A stretch of 63,901 nt of DNA, filler included, from an uncultured Methanosarcinales archaeon (GTDB lineage: Archaea > Nanobdellota > Nanobdellia > Woesearchaeales > CAYSVS01): the NCBI GenBank assembly GCA_964434475.1. It is 3 parts of 3 records of this genome, joined end to end, with 100 filler letters (N's around TTAATTAATTAA, not from the genome) between each part and the next. Parts side by side here need not be neighbours in the genome. Positions count along the whole stretch, not along the records: positions 1 to 24,185 come from CAYSVS010000017.1; 2 more parts are not named here. One strand, 5' to 3'. Made by a program: the position numbers and the translations under genes. Within the stretch, counting starts at the first letter, position 1. Every line of letters begins with the position of its first letter. The notes under the pieces are model-generated. The model made no database searches and was not told where the DNA came from. It saw nothing but the letters and a program-made list of their open reading frames with translations. Below are positions 1 through 10,632 of this stretch, piece by piece.

Positions 1-95
1 AATATTTAGAGGTTTAGCCAAGGCTAGAGTTTAAATCTGCACAACTCCAGTAATAATTAGAAAAATATTTAATTGATCATATATTTTAGTGTAGT

Positions 96-1235
96 ATGAA
101 GCGTTTTTTACCTGATTACAAAGGAGGAAGCATAGTAAATCTTATGAGTTCTATAGCAAAAGCATTCAAATCTGAGCATAGTTACAAAGAGCTAAAACTA
201 TTGCCTTCAAAAAGTTTAAAGAAATCAAAAAACATAGTGCTTCTTGTTATTGACGGCATGGGTTATGAATACATAAAAAACATCACAGAACTTAAACCTT
301 ATATTTTAGGAAGCATAACATCTGTGTTTCCACCTACAACAACCAGCGCAATATCTACTTTTATGACAGGCAATGCACCAATGCAGCATGCACTGACAGG
401 ATGGACAATCAATTTTAAGGAGATAGGCACGATAGGCAATATTTTTAGGTTTGCGCCAAAGTATCAGGGACTACCTTTTAGCTTTTTTGGAATAGATATA
501 GATGATATAATTGACCAAAAGCCGTTTCTAAACAAAAAAAATGTAGAAAAATATCATATAATGTTCAAAGAGATAATAAAAACAGACTATAACATATATC
601 TTTCAAAAGGCTATACTAAATTAGGTTACAACAATCTTAACGGATTGTTCAGGCAGATAAACAAAGCAGTAAGATCAAGCGATAAACGAAAGTATATCTA
701 TGCTTATTGGTACGGGCTTGACATGATAAAGCATGAACTAGGAACAGAGCATAAAGAAACAAAAAAACATTTTGAGGATATTAAGAATAACATATTAAGT
801 TTGATAAAAAAACTGAAAAATACGACATTGATAATAACAGCAGACCACGGCCTTATAGATATTCCTCTTAATAAAGTATTATACATAAGCAAACATCCAA
901 AGTTGATAGAATGCTTAAGCATGCCTTTATGCGGAGAAGGAAGAGCAGCATATTGTTATGTGCATCCTTCAAAAACAAAACAGTTTGAGACCTATGTGAA
1001 GAAAAATCTAAAAAAATACTGCACATTGCACAAAAGTGAAGAACTTATCAATAAAAACTATTTCGGATTGTTCAAGCAGAATCCAAAACTATATGACAGG
1101 ATAGGAGATTATGTTCTGATATCTAAAGAAGACCATATAATAAAAAACAAACCAAAAGAATATCCTTTATTTGCTCATCATTCAGGACTATCAAAAAAAG
1201 AGATGCTTGTGCCTTTGATAGTTATTAAGAAATAA
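96..1235 (+). CDS. Alkaline phosphatase superfamily / type I phosphodiesterase-nucleotide pyrophosphatase
   Basis: Motifs LLVIDGMG, SVFPPTT (catalytic Thr), IITADHG and HHSGLS..EM.VP. Confidence 0.85.
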   Translation: MKRFLPDYKGGSIVNLMSSIAKAFKSEHSYKELKLLPSKSLKKSKNIVLLVIDGMGYEYIKNITELKPYILGSITSVFPPTTTSAISTFMTGNAPMQHALTGWTINFKEIGTIGNIFRFAPKYQGLPFSFFGIDIDDIIDQKPFLNKKNVEKYHIMFKEIIKTDYNIYLSKGYTKLGYNNLNGLFRQINKAVRSSDKRKYIYAYWYGLDMIKHELGTEHKETKKHFEDIKNNILSLIKKLKNTTLIITADHGLIDIPLNKVLYISKHPKLIECLSMPLCGEGRAAYCYVHPSKTKQFETYVKKNLKKYCTLHKSEELINKNYFGLFKQNPKLYDRIGDYVLISKEDHIIKNKPKEYPLFAHHSGLSKKEMLVPLIVIKK

Positions 1236-1237
1236 GC

Positions 1238-3637
1238 TTATTCATTAAGAACACCAACAATAATATCGTACACTTCAGGATATAATTCAGGATCCAATAT
1301 TTTATTATGCAGCTCTATCCCTAAATAATCAGTGCAATTGCCTTCTATATAATGGTTGTCTGCATAGCTTAGTTCAGCACTATCTACAGAAACAACACCA
1401 TCCCCTTCATTATCATTAGTCTCGCATCCTTGAGCTATTATTGTATGTATCTCAACATTTTCAGGTTCTTTAACAGAATTCAATCTTTTCAAAAAAATGC
1501 TACCTTCAGTCATATCCTCGCATTCAGGATCAGCTCCAGTGAACTTGCACAGCCGTTCCATTCTCGGAGAGATGCCTTGGTTAGGTGATGCTATAAGCAC
1601 AAGCTTATCTACGCTATCATCTCCGAAGATAGATATATATTCTCTTGCTACCAATCCACCCATAGAATGTGTAACAATCTTCACCTTATCATAACCTGTC
1701 TTGAACTTAACATAGTCTATAATCTCTTTCAACCTAATTGCATAGTTCTCTATCCTGTCTGATTTCTGTGCAGATAAGCTATAAAGACCTAAATCATAAT
1801 ATCTTATTATATAGTATGTTGCTCTTACGCTTACAGGATAACCGCTTCTTCCCCAATAACCATACTCTGTCTCTTCCAGTGATTTGCTTATGTCTACCTC
1901 TCCTGCATTTATGAAACCTTCATCAACCAATTTATGCTGTATACTAGAAAAAGCATTCAAGCTTGCTTCAGGCTTTTCTTCTTTATTAAAAGAGTGACCA
2001 TGCAAAAATACTACAGGATATAATCTTGGATTATCTCCGCAGGTTTGAGGAGTGCAGCAAGGCTCGCATTTACTGAAAACACAGCATTCAGGAAGATTTT
2101 CAGGAAGAGCTGTAGAAATTTCGCTTTCAACATCAACCAAAGTCTTGTTTATCTTATCTATCTTAGGTATTTCTTTCAAAATGTTTCTTCTGCTAAGATT
2201 GCAGTCTAGGCTATACAGTTCAATTATATCTATCACCAGATCAAACCGTTGTTCAGTTATGTTGCCTTTTGTCAGGTTTTCCAATTCCAAAATTCTATTT
2301 ATCTTCTCGCCCATATCTTCAGATATTTTTTCATGGAAATTTGTTATTATCATGTTCTTTATAAAAATAGATTGTTGTTCTGTTATATTCGTATCGCGAT
2401 TATAGAAATTAAATGTTTCTATGGAGTCTATAGTTTTGCTGATATGTTTACATGTAGAATTCATCTCTTTTATATAATCTATATCTTCATCGTATTCTAA
2501 AGTATCATTAATTTCTGCATCATAAGATTCGCTTTCCAATGCATCAAGCAAGAACCTGTATTTCAATAATTCATATCTTACCCTTATAATCTTATTGTTT
2601 GCCTTTTCAACATAATCATCATAATATTTATCGATATCTGGCAATTCCAGAGCATAATTATCAAGTTTATTATCGCTTATCTTTATATATGTAAAAAAAA
2701 TATCTTTATATACTTGATTAATCGAATCATTGAACAACGCTATATTATTGATCCTTTCATCATCAAGAATATTTGACATATTTTCTATAATTTTATTGTA
2801 ATGATCTATAAAATGAAATATATTCTCTCTTTGCTGCATTATCTTTTTTCTTATCATACTTAGGTCATCAAGATTGGTGAAAATATAGTCTAATTCAACA
2901 TATCTTTGCTTATCCCATAATAGTTTTAAAGAATTGTATATGTCAAATATCTCAACAAGTTCATTATCTATAAAATCTTGTTGTTTTTTCAATTTCGTTG
3001 TCTCATCAGAATCAACATCTATCCTGTACATAAGCTGCTTATTCTGGATATTAAACTCATCTAGCTTCTTTAGCTGTTCCAATGCCATAACCAGTTGTTT
3101 GTTAATCTTTGCCTTTACTGTTTTTTCCTCTTCTGACAGATCATAGTTTAATGTGACAAAAGATGATTCTATCTTCTTTTCTCCTTCTGTTCTGCATAAC
3201 AAGGATCTTAAGTTATTGCACTCCACTTCAAAAATATAAATTTTCTGGCCGCTTCCTACCTTATCTGATTTAAGGGTATAGTTTACCTCTATCTGTTCAT
3301 CATGCTCCAAATATACTATATTCTCGTCTATAGTCTTATTTTCGCTGATGTCTTTTAACCGATAGATGCATTCACTATTGCACCAAAAGAAATTATCATT
3401 TACAAATTCAAAATTAGCTTCATAAGGTTCGTTATATTGTATAATTATGGATTTATCCTTAGGTGTCAAGATTATGTTCATCTCTTCGTTAAAGGCAAAA
3501 CTTATAGTATTGCTTGCAAAAAAGGTTATAATCAGAAATATTACCGCAACAAGTATAATTATAATTGTTCTCCTTATCAGCCTCTTTTTTTCAATCTTGG
3601 CAATATTTTTTTTAAGTTTCTTTTGAATATCTGCCAT
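1238..3637 (-). CDS. Membrane-anchored protein with long helical stalk and C-terminal alpha/beta hydrolase (lipase/PGAP1-like) domain
   Basis: N-terminal TM helix; C-terminal VVFLHGH, nucleophile elbow THSMGG, DGVV and late His. Confidence 0.8.
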   Translation of the reverse strand: MADIQKKLKKNIAKIEKKRLIRRTIIIILVAVIFLIITFFASNTISFAFNEEMNIILTPKDKSIIIQYNEPYEANFEFVNDNFFWCNSECIYRLKDISENKTIDENIVYLEHDEQIEVNYTLKSDKVGSGQKIYIFEVECNNLRSLLCRTEGEKKIESSFVTLNYDLSEEEKTVKAKINKQLVMALEQLKKLDEFNIQNKQLMYRIDVDSDETTKLKKQQDFIDNELVEIFDIYNSLKLLWDKQRYVELDYIFTNLDDLSMIRKKIMQQRENIFHFIDHYNKIIENMSNILDDERINNIALFNDSINQVYKDIFFTYIKISDNKLDNYALELPDIDKYYDDYVEKANNKIIRVRYELLKYRFLLDALESESYDAEINDTLEYDEDIDYIKEMNSTCKHISKTIDSIETFNFYNRDTNITEQQSIFIKNMIITNFHEKISEDMGEKINRILELENLTKGNITEQRFDLVIDIIELYSLDCNLSRRNILKEIPKIDKINKTLVDVESEISTALPENLPECCVFSKCEPCCTPQTCGDNPRLYPVVFLHGHSFNKEEKPEASLNAFSSIQHKLVDEGFINAGEVDISKSLEETEYGYWGRSGYPVSVRATYYIIRYYDLGLYSLSAQKSDRIENYAIRLKEIIDYVKFKTGYDKVKIVTHSMGGLVAREYISIFGDDSVDKLVLIASPNQGISPRMERLCKFTGADPECEDMTEGSIFLKRLNSVKEPENVEIHTIIAQGCETNDNEGDGVVSVDSAELSYADNHYIEGNCTDYLGIELHNKILDPELYPEVYDIIVGVLNE

Positions 3638-3668
3638 TACAATTTATTATCAAGCTTCATTTAAAAAC

Positions 3669-4025
3669 TTAGCGTTTTAATCTTGTTTTAAATGCACCAG
3701 GATATTTCATCTTAAGATATTTATAAAACCAGACATCATACCTATCAGACATGCTCAAACCCATCTTTTGCCTTAATCCAGTGAATGCCTTTTGTTCGAT
3801 CATCTTATGTTCGGAAACTAATACACCATTATACTCAGAAATAGCCATACTGCCGTAATTTATTCCAAGCCCAATATAATCCAACATATCTTTTAATCTT
3901 ATTTTATTTTTTTCATCAAGATATTTGATATCTTTATCTTTGATTATGCCTTTTAATGTGCTTTTCTGTATTCCATAATCTATCTTGATCACATCATAGA
4001 ATTTGTTTATATCATCTTCAAGCAT
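3669..4025 (-). CDS. Hypothetical protein
   Basis: 118-aa ORF filling the space between neighbours; no recognisable motif. Confidence 0.5.
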   Translation of the reverse strand: MLEDDINKFYDVIKIDYGIQKSTLKGIIKDKDIKYLDEKNKIRLKDMLDYIGLGINYGSMAISEYNGVLVSEHKMIEQKAFTGLRQKMGLSMSDRYDVWFYKYLKMKYPGAFKTRLKR

Positions 4026-4079
4026 AATAAAGGTAAAGTAATATTACTTAAAAATCTTATTCATCATCATAGTATTTTT

Positions 4080-4459
4080 TTAATATATTATATTATCATT
4101 GTATAAGGTTATTTTGATTGTAACATTCTTTTGGGTATATACATCTGTATCTTGTATGCTCATCATTAGTCAAGGTTATATAACTATCAAAATATATCCG
4201 ATAAGCATGAAAATCTACACTTTCATCTTCACTCTTAAACGTTAAGAATCCTAAATATTCCTAATAGTCTTAAAAAGCAGTATAGCCTATCTCTTCTTGA
4301 AGTTCCCTTACAGCAGCTTCAATAGAATATTCATCTTTTTTTACCTGTTCAGTCTACCAAACCCTGCTTATTCTCTTCAAACGTGCCTTTACGTCTGTAT
4401 AAAGCCAATATTGGTCCATCATTCCGCTCTAAGATAATGGCTACTGCGTTCATATACAT
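4080..4459 (-). pseudogene. NUDIX hydrolase pseudogene
   Basis: Manual translation gives MYMNAVAIILERNDGPILALYRRKG..., then a frameshift into ...KDEYSIEAAVRELQEEIGY (NUDIX box), followed by in-frame stops TAA and TAG. Confidence 0.8.
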
Positions 4460-4490
4460 ACAAGTTAAAAGTTAAATAATACTTAAAGAT

Positions 4491-6161
4491 CTAATGCGTA
4501 AACCAGAATATATACTTATTATCTCCTTTCTCAAACTGGTCCAGTTTGCAGAAGCCAAATCTTTCAAATTGTATAACTTGGCCTTCTTTTAGTTTGCTTA
4601 TATAAGGAGAAGCTTTTCCTGTTACAACTTTCTTGTCAGGCATCAATATCTCAACATCAAGCAAATCTTTTTGCTGCGGAAGAAAATGCATTATCTTCCT
4701 ACCTTTACCTTTAAAATCCTTATGAGATTGAGAATGATACACAAATTTGTCTCCTTTTTTCTCAAAGTTCAGGCAATCCATAAGCCTAACCATTTCTTTG
4801 TCCTTTAGTTTGTCAAAGTCATTTTTTGATATCAAGAATCTATCATTTGTTTTGTATTTTCTATATCCTTTTTTCTCATCTTCTGGATGTATATTTAACT
4901 TAATCTCCTGTTCAGGAGCTCCTTCTATTATTATTTCAACAGGACTATCTATAAAGAAATACCTATTAGCTTCTTTATCCAGCAAACGTTTGTTATGCAT
5001 TATTATATCGTCCCAAGTTAATGTTGCTTCATTCTTTGTCAATCCTGTGCTTAGTACAAAATCCTTGATAGCTTTTGGTTGAAAACCCCTTCTCCTTAAA
5101 GCAACTATAGTAGGAAGCATAGGATCATCCCAACCTATAAGCTTGCCTTCATGTATCATTTCTCTAATTACCCTGCCAGAACTTGGAACACCTTCTATAT
5201 TGAATCTTCCTATCTCATATGTGTTTGTCTCTTTTATTCCCAATGCATCTTGTATCCATCTCTGTAGTTCACTTCTCATCTCAAACTCCTTGGTTCTTAT
5301 ACGCATATCTATATCACTGAAAGAGTCCTGTATAGAATTCTGAAAATCATAATTAGGCCATACTCTGTATTTTTTAGCGTGTCTTGCATGATCATGATCT
5401 ATTATCCTAAATACTGTAGGATCCCTCATAGTTGTATTCTTATGTTTTAAATCTATCTTTAGTCTTAATATCATACTTCCCGGCTCTGCTTCAAAAAAGC
5501 CTTTCCACAACTCGAGATTCTCTTCTACAGTATTTCCTCTACAATTGCATGGCTTGCCTTTTGCCCTGCTTTCCTTTATAGTATCTCCGTTACATCTGCA
5601 CATGTATGCTTTCCCATCTTTAATTAATTTTTCAGCATGATTATAGTACATATCCATATGATCAGATGCATACACCAACTCATCCCATTCTATACCCAGC
5701 CATCTAAGATTATCAAGAATTATATCATAAAACTCTTTTTTTACAAGTTTAGGATTAGTATCTTCGAATCTCAATATGAACTTTCCGCCAGTTTTTTTAG
5801 CTAATTCATAATTAACAAAAGAAGCTTTAGCATGCCCTATATGAGGATATTTTTCAGGACCAGGAGGATAGCCTGTATTAATCTTGCCTTTAAGTTTCAA
5901 GAATGCGAAAAGGTCTTTTTCTTTTTTCTCTTTTTTTTCTAATAATTCTGGAGCTATCTGCTGTAATTTCTCTTTTTGGCTGTCAACACTTAAGATATTA
6001 ACTTCACCAACTATCTCTTTGATAGTCTGCATAGTAACTTTTGGGTTTGCTCTTGCTTCTGGAAACTCGCCCATTATCTTTCCTATCAATGCTTTAGGAT
6101 TAGCTTTACCATTATACTTTATAGCATTCTGTAATGCATATTTTTCGATCGCTTTTTTCAT
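4491..6161 (-). CDS. gltX: Glutamyl-tRNA synthetase (archaeal type)
   Basis: HIGH motif, LRFEDTNP, Cys cluster, DDP.LPT..LRRRG, QFERFGF; archaeal N-terminal ALQNA..YNGKA domain; likely start MKKAIEK at 6161. Confidence 0.93.
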   Translation of the reverse strand: MKKAIEKYALQNAIKYNGKANPKALIGKIMGEFPEARANPKVTMQTIKEIVGEVNILSVDSQKEKLQQIAPELLEKKEKKEKDLFAFLKLKGKINTGYPPGPEKYPHIGHAKASFVNYELAKKTGGKFILRFEDTNPKLVKKEFYDIILDNLRWLGIEWDELVYASDHMDMYYNHAEKLIKDGKAYMCRCNGDTIKESRAKGKPCNCRGNTVEENLELWKGFFEAEPGSMILRLKIDLKHKNTTMRDPTVFRIIDHDHARHAKKYRVWPNYDFQNSIQDSFSDIDMRIRTKEFEMRSELQRWIQDALGIKETNTYEIGRFNIEGVPSSGRVIREMIHEGKLIGWDDPMLPTIVALRRRGFQPKAIKDFVLSTGLTKNEATLTWDDIIMHNKRLLDKEANRYFFIDSPVEIIIEGAPEQEIKLNIHPEDEKKGYRKYKTNDRFLISKNDFDKLKDKEMVRLMDCLNFEKKGDKFVYHSQSHKDFKGKGRKIMHFLPQQKDLLDVEILMPDKKVVTGKASPYISKLKEGQVIQFERFGFCKLDQFEKGDNKYIFWFTH

Positions 6162-6231
6162 ACTAACCAAACCAGAACAAAGTTTCATTTAAATATTTAT
6201 CTGAATAACAGTAAAATCAACAATATTTAAT

Positions 6232-6247
6232 CAAAAATTTTATAAAG
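6232..6247 (+). promoter_or_regulatory. Putative BRE/TATA promoter of the histone gene
   Basis: CAAAAATTTTATAAAG about 35 nt upstream of the ATG; GGTGAT Shine-Dalgarno-like site follows. Confidence 0.5.
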
Positions 6248-6281
6248 CATCATTAAACTATATATCTTGGTGATTCATCTT

Positions 6282-6500
6282 ATGGTTCAACAAAGAAAAA
6301 CACAGACAATTCCACGAGCTCCTGTCGGAAGAATACTTCAAAAATCAGGTGCTAAAAGAGTAAGTCAGGATGCTACTGAAGCTTTTGCTGATATAATCGA
6401 AGAAATTGCAACAGAGATAGCGACAAAAGCTAACCAGATAGCAAAGCACAGTGGCAGAAAAACTGTTCTGGATAAGGATGTAAAGCTTGCTGCTAAATAA
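6282..6500 (+). CDS. Archaeal histone (HMfA/B family)
   Basis: IPRAPVGRILQKSGAKRVS...AKHSGRKTV..KDVKLA histone-fold signature; SD GGTGAT precedes ATG 6282. Confidence 0.95.
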   Translation: MVQQRKTQTIPRAPVGRILQKSGAKRVSQDATEAFADIIEEIATEIATKANQIAKHSGRKTVLDKDVKLAAK

Positions 6501-6541
6501 TCAAGATAAGATTTATTAACTTATAGGATTATTATTTCTCT

Positions 6542-6940
6542 ATGGCTCATATTTTACTTGTTGTAATGTCAAGCAATATACGAAGTGAAAAACCTTTAAA
6601 GTATAGGATATTCGAAAAGAACCTAGAAAAAATAAAAAGTTATACACCCATAACAAAGGTAGATTATCTTGATAAGATTATAGATTCCTGTAAAAATATG
6701 GAGGAATATTTTAACAATTATGAATATGATAGATTATATTGTACTTTGTTCGATCTAGATTCTGAAGATAATTTTCTTAAATCCGCATTAGAGTATGACA
6801 TAATTAAAAACTCTCCCCATATATACCTTGAAACAACCAACAATATTGAACAACCTCAAAAGTCAAAACTGCATCTGAACTGGAATAATCCTGCATTATG
6901 GGGAAATATAGAGGCTTTTTTAAAATATTTAGATAAATAG
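6542..6940 (+). CDS. Hypothetical protein
   Basis: 132-aa ORF; no motif recognised. Confidence 0.5.
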   Translation: MAHILLVVMSSNIRSEKPLKYRIFEKNLEKIKSYTPITKVDYLDKIIDSCKNMEEYFNNYEYDRLYCTLFDLDSEDNFLKSALEYDIIKNSPHIYLETTNNIEQPQKSKLHLNWNNPALWGNIEAFLKYLDK

Positions 6941-7028
6941 TGCAAGAGTTAATATGTTCTAAAATAATATGAAAAAAACAGAAACCTTTTTAAATAACAC
7001 CTTAACCCATTGAGTTAGGTGATACAAT

Positions 7029-7262
7029 ATGCCATTTGATCCAGAATTAGATAAAACATTATGGAGCGAAGAAAAAGAATTAGAAAATACAAAACTAAGT
7101 GTTTCAATAAAGCAGTACAATGAAGGTACAAAAAAGATTCAGATATCAAGGGAAAACGCTAATGCTGAAGGCGAATATAAGTTTTCCAAGCTTGGAAGAA
7201 TGACCAAAGAAGAGGCTGAAGCGATTGCACCTATGCTACAAAAAGCTATTGAAAACATGTGA
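7029..7262 (+). CDS. Small protein, possibly PC4/YdbC-like ssDNA-binding fold
   Basis: SD AGGTGAT; pattern VSIKQYNEG.KKIQISRE....GEYKFSKLGRMT.EEA resembles PC4-type proteins. Confidence 0.6.
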   Translation: MPFDPELDKTLWSEEKELENTKLSVSIKQYNEGTKKIQISRENANAEGEYKFSKLGRMTKEEAEAIAPMLQKAIENM

Positions 7263-7347
7263 TTTTATTTTTTTATCGTAATATTTTTAAATCAACATAG
7301 AATTCTTTTTAATATTATATTATAAATCAAACAAAGGTGAATTATCT

Positions 7348-10300
7348 ATGAAATATGATGCTCAAGTTTTAGAACCAGAAATAATAGAATATTGGGACAA
7401 TAACAAGATATACAAAAAAATTAAAGAAAAGAATAAAGGTAAAAAAAAATACTACTTTTTAGATGGTCCGCCTTATACTTCTGGAAAGATACACATAGGT
7501 CAAGCATGGAACAAATCGATGAAGGATATGATTATACGTTATAAACGTATGAAAGGGCTTGACGTATGGGATAGAGCAGGATATGATATGCATGGGCTGC
7601 CTACTGCTCATAAGGTAGAAGCAAAGTTCGGCATAGAGAGCAAGGATGAGATACCTAAGTTTGGCGTAGATAAATTCATAAGAGAATGTGAAAAGCTTGC
7701 CACAGAAAATATGGACCAGATGAATCTTGATTTCAAAAGGTTAGGCGTATGGATGGATTTCGAAAACGCATATAAACCGATAACCAAAAAATTCATAGAA
7801 GGTGAATGGTGGCTTATCAAAAAAGCACATGAAAACAACAGATTATATGAAGGAAAAAGAACAATACATTGGTGCTCGCATTGCGCAACAGCATTAGCTA
7901 AACATGAGCTTGAATATAAAGAGATCAAAGATACAAGCATCTTTGTTAAATTAAAGATAGCTGATAAAGAAAATGAATACTTGATAATATGGACAACTAC
8001 ACCATGGACTATTCCTTTTAATCTTGCTGTAATGGTTAATCCTGAACTTGAATACATTAAAGCAAAAGTTGATGATGAAATATGGGTTATCGCAAAAGGC
8101 TTGGCTGCTCCAGTAGTGCAATCTGTGGTTAACAAGAAACTTGAGATTATAGACGAATTCAAAGGAGATAAGCTTGAAGGCATAAAATACATACACCCTT
8201 TTTCAGATACTATAAAAGACTATAAAGAGATGGCTGCAAAACATCCTAAATTACACACTGTTGTGCTTTCAAGCGAGTATGTTGATCTTAGCGCAGGAAC
8301 AGGACTGGTGCATTGCGCTCCTGGATGCGGACCAGAAGATTATGAAGTAGGTTACAGGAACGGACTGCCTACATACAACAATATAGATGAATTTGGTATT
8401 TTTCCAGAACATATGGGAGATTTTGCAGGCAAATATGCAAAAAAGGATGATGACGATTTCATAGAAGCTTTAAGAGATAGGAAAGCGTTGATAGAGACAA
8501 CAGATGTTGAACATGATTATGCACATTGCTGGAGATGCAAACAACCAGTAGTATTCAGAACAACAAAACAATGGTTCTTTAAGATAGAGGATCTAAAAGA
8601 AGAGATGAGAGAATTAAACAAACAGGTGAAATGGCAGCCTGATTGGGCAGGCAATAGGCAATTTGATTCATGGCTTAACAACTTAAGAGATAATTCTATA
8701 ACCAGACAAAGATACTGGGGATGCCCTGTACCTATATGGAGATGCACTGAATGCGGTAAGTATGATGTTATAGGAACAGTAAAGGAACTGGTAGAAAAAG
8801 GTGGAAAAGAGCCAGAAAATCTGCACAGACCTTGGATAGATAAAGTTGAGATTCCTTGCGAATGCGGTGCAACCAAGATAAGGGTGCCTGACATATTAGA
8901 TGTATGGATAGATGCAGGAACAAATTCATGGACTTGTTTGGATTATCCAGAAAGAGAGGACTATTTCAAGGAATTATTTCCAGCAGATTTCATACTAGAA
9001 GGAAAAGACCAGATAAGAGGATGGTTTAACCTGTTGTTTGTAGCAAGCATGGTAAGCATGAAAAAGCCAAGCTATAAAGCAGTATATATGCACGGATTTG
9101 TACAGGATGCAGAAGGAAGAAAGATGTCAAAGTCATTAGGCAACATTATATCACCATATGAAGTCATAGACAGGTTTGGATCAGATACCTTAAGATACTA
9201 CATGATAAGCGGAAGCAAGGCAGGAGTAGACATAAACTATAACTTTGATGATATGAAAGTAAAGAATAAGAATCTATCTGTTTTGTGGAACATACACAAT
9301 TTCCTGTTGAATTATTCAAATGAATTAGGAGAAAACACCACTGAGATTGATATGTCTTTGTTTGAAAATCATGGAAGTATAGAAGAAAAATACATGTTTT
9401 CTAAGCTGTATTCAGCCATGCAAAAAGCGACAAACCTATTTGAAGAATATAGGCTTGATGAAATACCTGACGTCATAGAAGAACTATTCTTAGACCTGTC
9501 TAGAACATACATGCAGATGGTAAGAGAAAAATCAGTTATGGGAAGCAAAGAAGAGAAAAAAACAATACTATTTACTATATACAAAGTTTTTTTAGAAACT
9601 TTAAAAATGTTCTCTACTATAGCTCCATTCATAACAGAGAAGATGTATCTTAACATAAAAGATAAATTCAAGCTTAAGGAAGAGAGTATACATCATTTTG
9701 AATGGCCTAAATCATACGGCAATATTGTCAGAAAGGATCTTGAAGAGAACATGGGAGTTGCAAAGATGATTATACAGTCTAGCTTAGCAGCAAGAGAAAA
9801 AGCTCAGCTTGGATTAAGATGGCCTTTGAAAGAGATAACTGTTGTTACAGAAAAGGATTATGTCAATAAAGCAACAAGGGAAATGTATGAGATAATTAAA
9901 AATCAGGTAAACACAAAAGAAGTGCACCTTGCTAAAAAGATAGAAGGCATAAAAAAATTAGTAAAACCTGATTTTGCCAAACTAGGTCCTGACTTTGGAG
10001 ATAAAGCACCAAAGATAATCGCTGCCTTGTCAACAACCTCAGCTGAAACAATACTTGACAGTATAAAAAAGAAAGAGAAATTTGTAGTTGAAATAGACGG
10101 CAAGAAATATAACATAGTCAAAGAACACATCATAGTTCAGGAACAATGTCCTGTGAACCTTGAAGGGATGGAATTCAGAGGAGGAGTAGTTTACATAAAT
10201 ACAGACAGGACACCAGAGCTTGATGCTGAAGGATTTGCAAGGGAAATAACAAGAAGGGTGCAGAGCAATAGAAAGATTGCTGAACTGCAAAAGACAGACA

Positions 10301-10488
10301 GAATAGAATTAGGTATAGTTGTTCCTGAAGAATTGAAAACAGATATTACCAAGCTTTCAAAAGTGATAGCAGAAAAATGCGGTGCAGATAAGATAGAGAT
10401 TGCAACAGAGATGACCAAAGAATACAAGATTAAAGCAGAAGAAAAGATAAAGGGCAAGATGTTTGGAATAAGGTTTACAAAGGTTTAG
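7348..10488 (+). CDS. ileS: Isoleucyl-tRNA synthetase
   Basis: DGPPY..G.IHIGQ, WTTTPWT, GTGLVH.APG, EGKDQIRGWF, KMSKS. Confidence 0.98.
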   Translation: MKYDAQVLEPEIIEYWDNNKIYKKIKEKNKGKKKYYFLDGPPYTSGKIHIGQAWNKSMKDMIIRYKRMKGLDVWDRAGYDMHGLPTAHKVEAKFGIESKDEIPKFGVDKFIRECEKLATENMDQMNLDFKRLGVWMDFENAYKPITKKFIEGEWWLIKKAHENNRLYEGKRTIHWCSHCATALAKHELEYKEIKDTSIFVKLKIADKENEYLIIWTTTPWTIPFNLAVMVNPELEYIKAKVDDEIWVIAKGLAAPVVQSVVNKKLEIIDEFKGDKLEGIKYIHPFSDTIKDYKEMAAKHPKLHTVVLSSEYVDLSAGTGLVHCAPGCGPEDYEVGYRNGLPTYNNIDEFGIFPEHMGDFAGKYAKKDDDDFIEALRDRKALIETTDVEHDYAHCWRCKQPVVFRTTKQWFFKIEDLKEEMRELNKQVKWQPDWAGNRQFDSWLNNLRDNSITRQRYWGCPVPIWRCTECGKYDVIGTVKELVEKGGKEPENLHRPWIDKVEIPCECGATKIRVPDILDVWIDAGTNSWTCLDYPEREDYFKELFPADFILEGKDQIRGWFNLLFVASMVSMKKPSYKAVYMHGFVQDAEGRKMSKSLGNIISPYEVIDRFGSDTLRYYMISGSKAGVDINYNFDDMKVKNKNLSVLWNIHNFLLNYSNELGENTTEIDMSLFENHGSIEEKYMFSKLYSAMQKATNLFEEYRLDEIPDVIEELFLDLSRTYMQMVREKSVMGSKEEKKTILFTIYKVFLETLKMFSTIAPFITEKMYLNIKDKFKLKEESIHHFEWPKSYGNIVRKDLEENMGVAKMIIQSSLAAREKAQLGLRWPLKEITVVTEKDYVNKATREMYEIIKNQVNTKEVHLAKKIEGIKKLVKPDFAKLGPDFGDKAPKIIAALSTTSAETILDSIKKKEKFVVEIDGKKYNIVKEHIIVQEQCPVNLEGMEFRGGVVYINTDRTPELDAEGFAREITRRVQSNRKIAELQKTDRIELGIVVPEELKTDITKLSKVIAEKCGADKIEIATEMTKEYKIKAEEKIKGKMFGIRFTKV

Positions 10489-10632
10489 ATCCTTTTGACT
10501 GTTTTCGGCAGAAATATAATTTAATCCTTGATTACACAGGTCTTAAAGACAACCATATCTTGAAATGGTAATCAAAAAGACAGATACCTACAAATCATCA
10601 AAGATAAGGTTTGATAAGTTCAAGAATAATAT

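Noticed and set aside
1..49. Window start ...CTGCACAACTCC, a possible IS end after an ORF tail
   Set aside because: No second copy; too little sequence to support.
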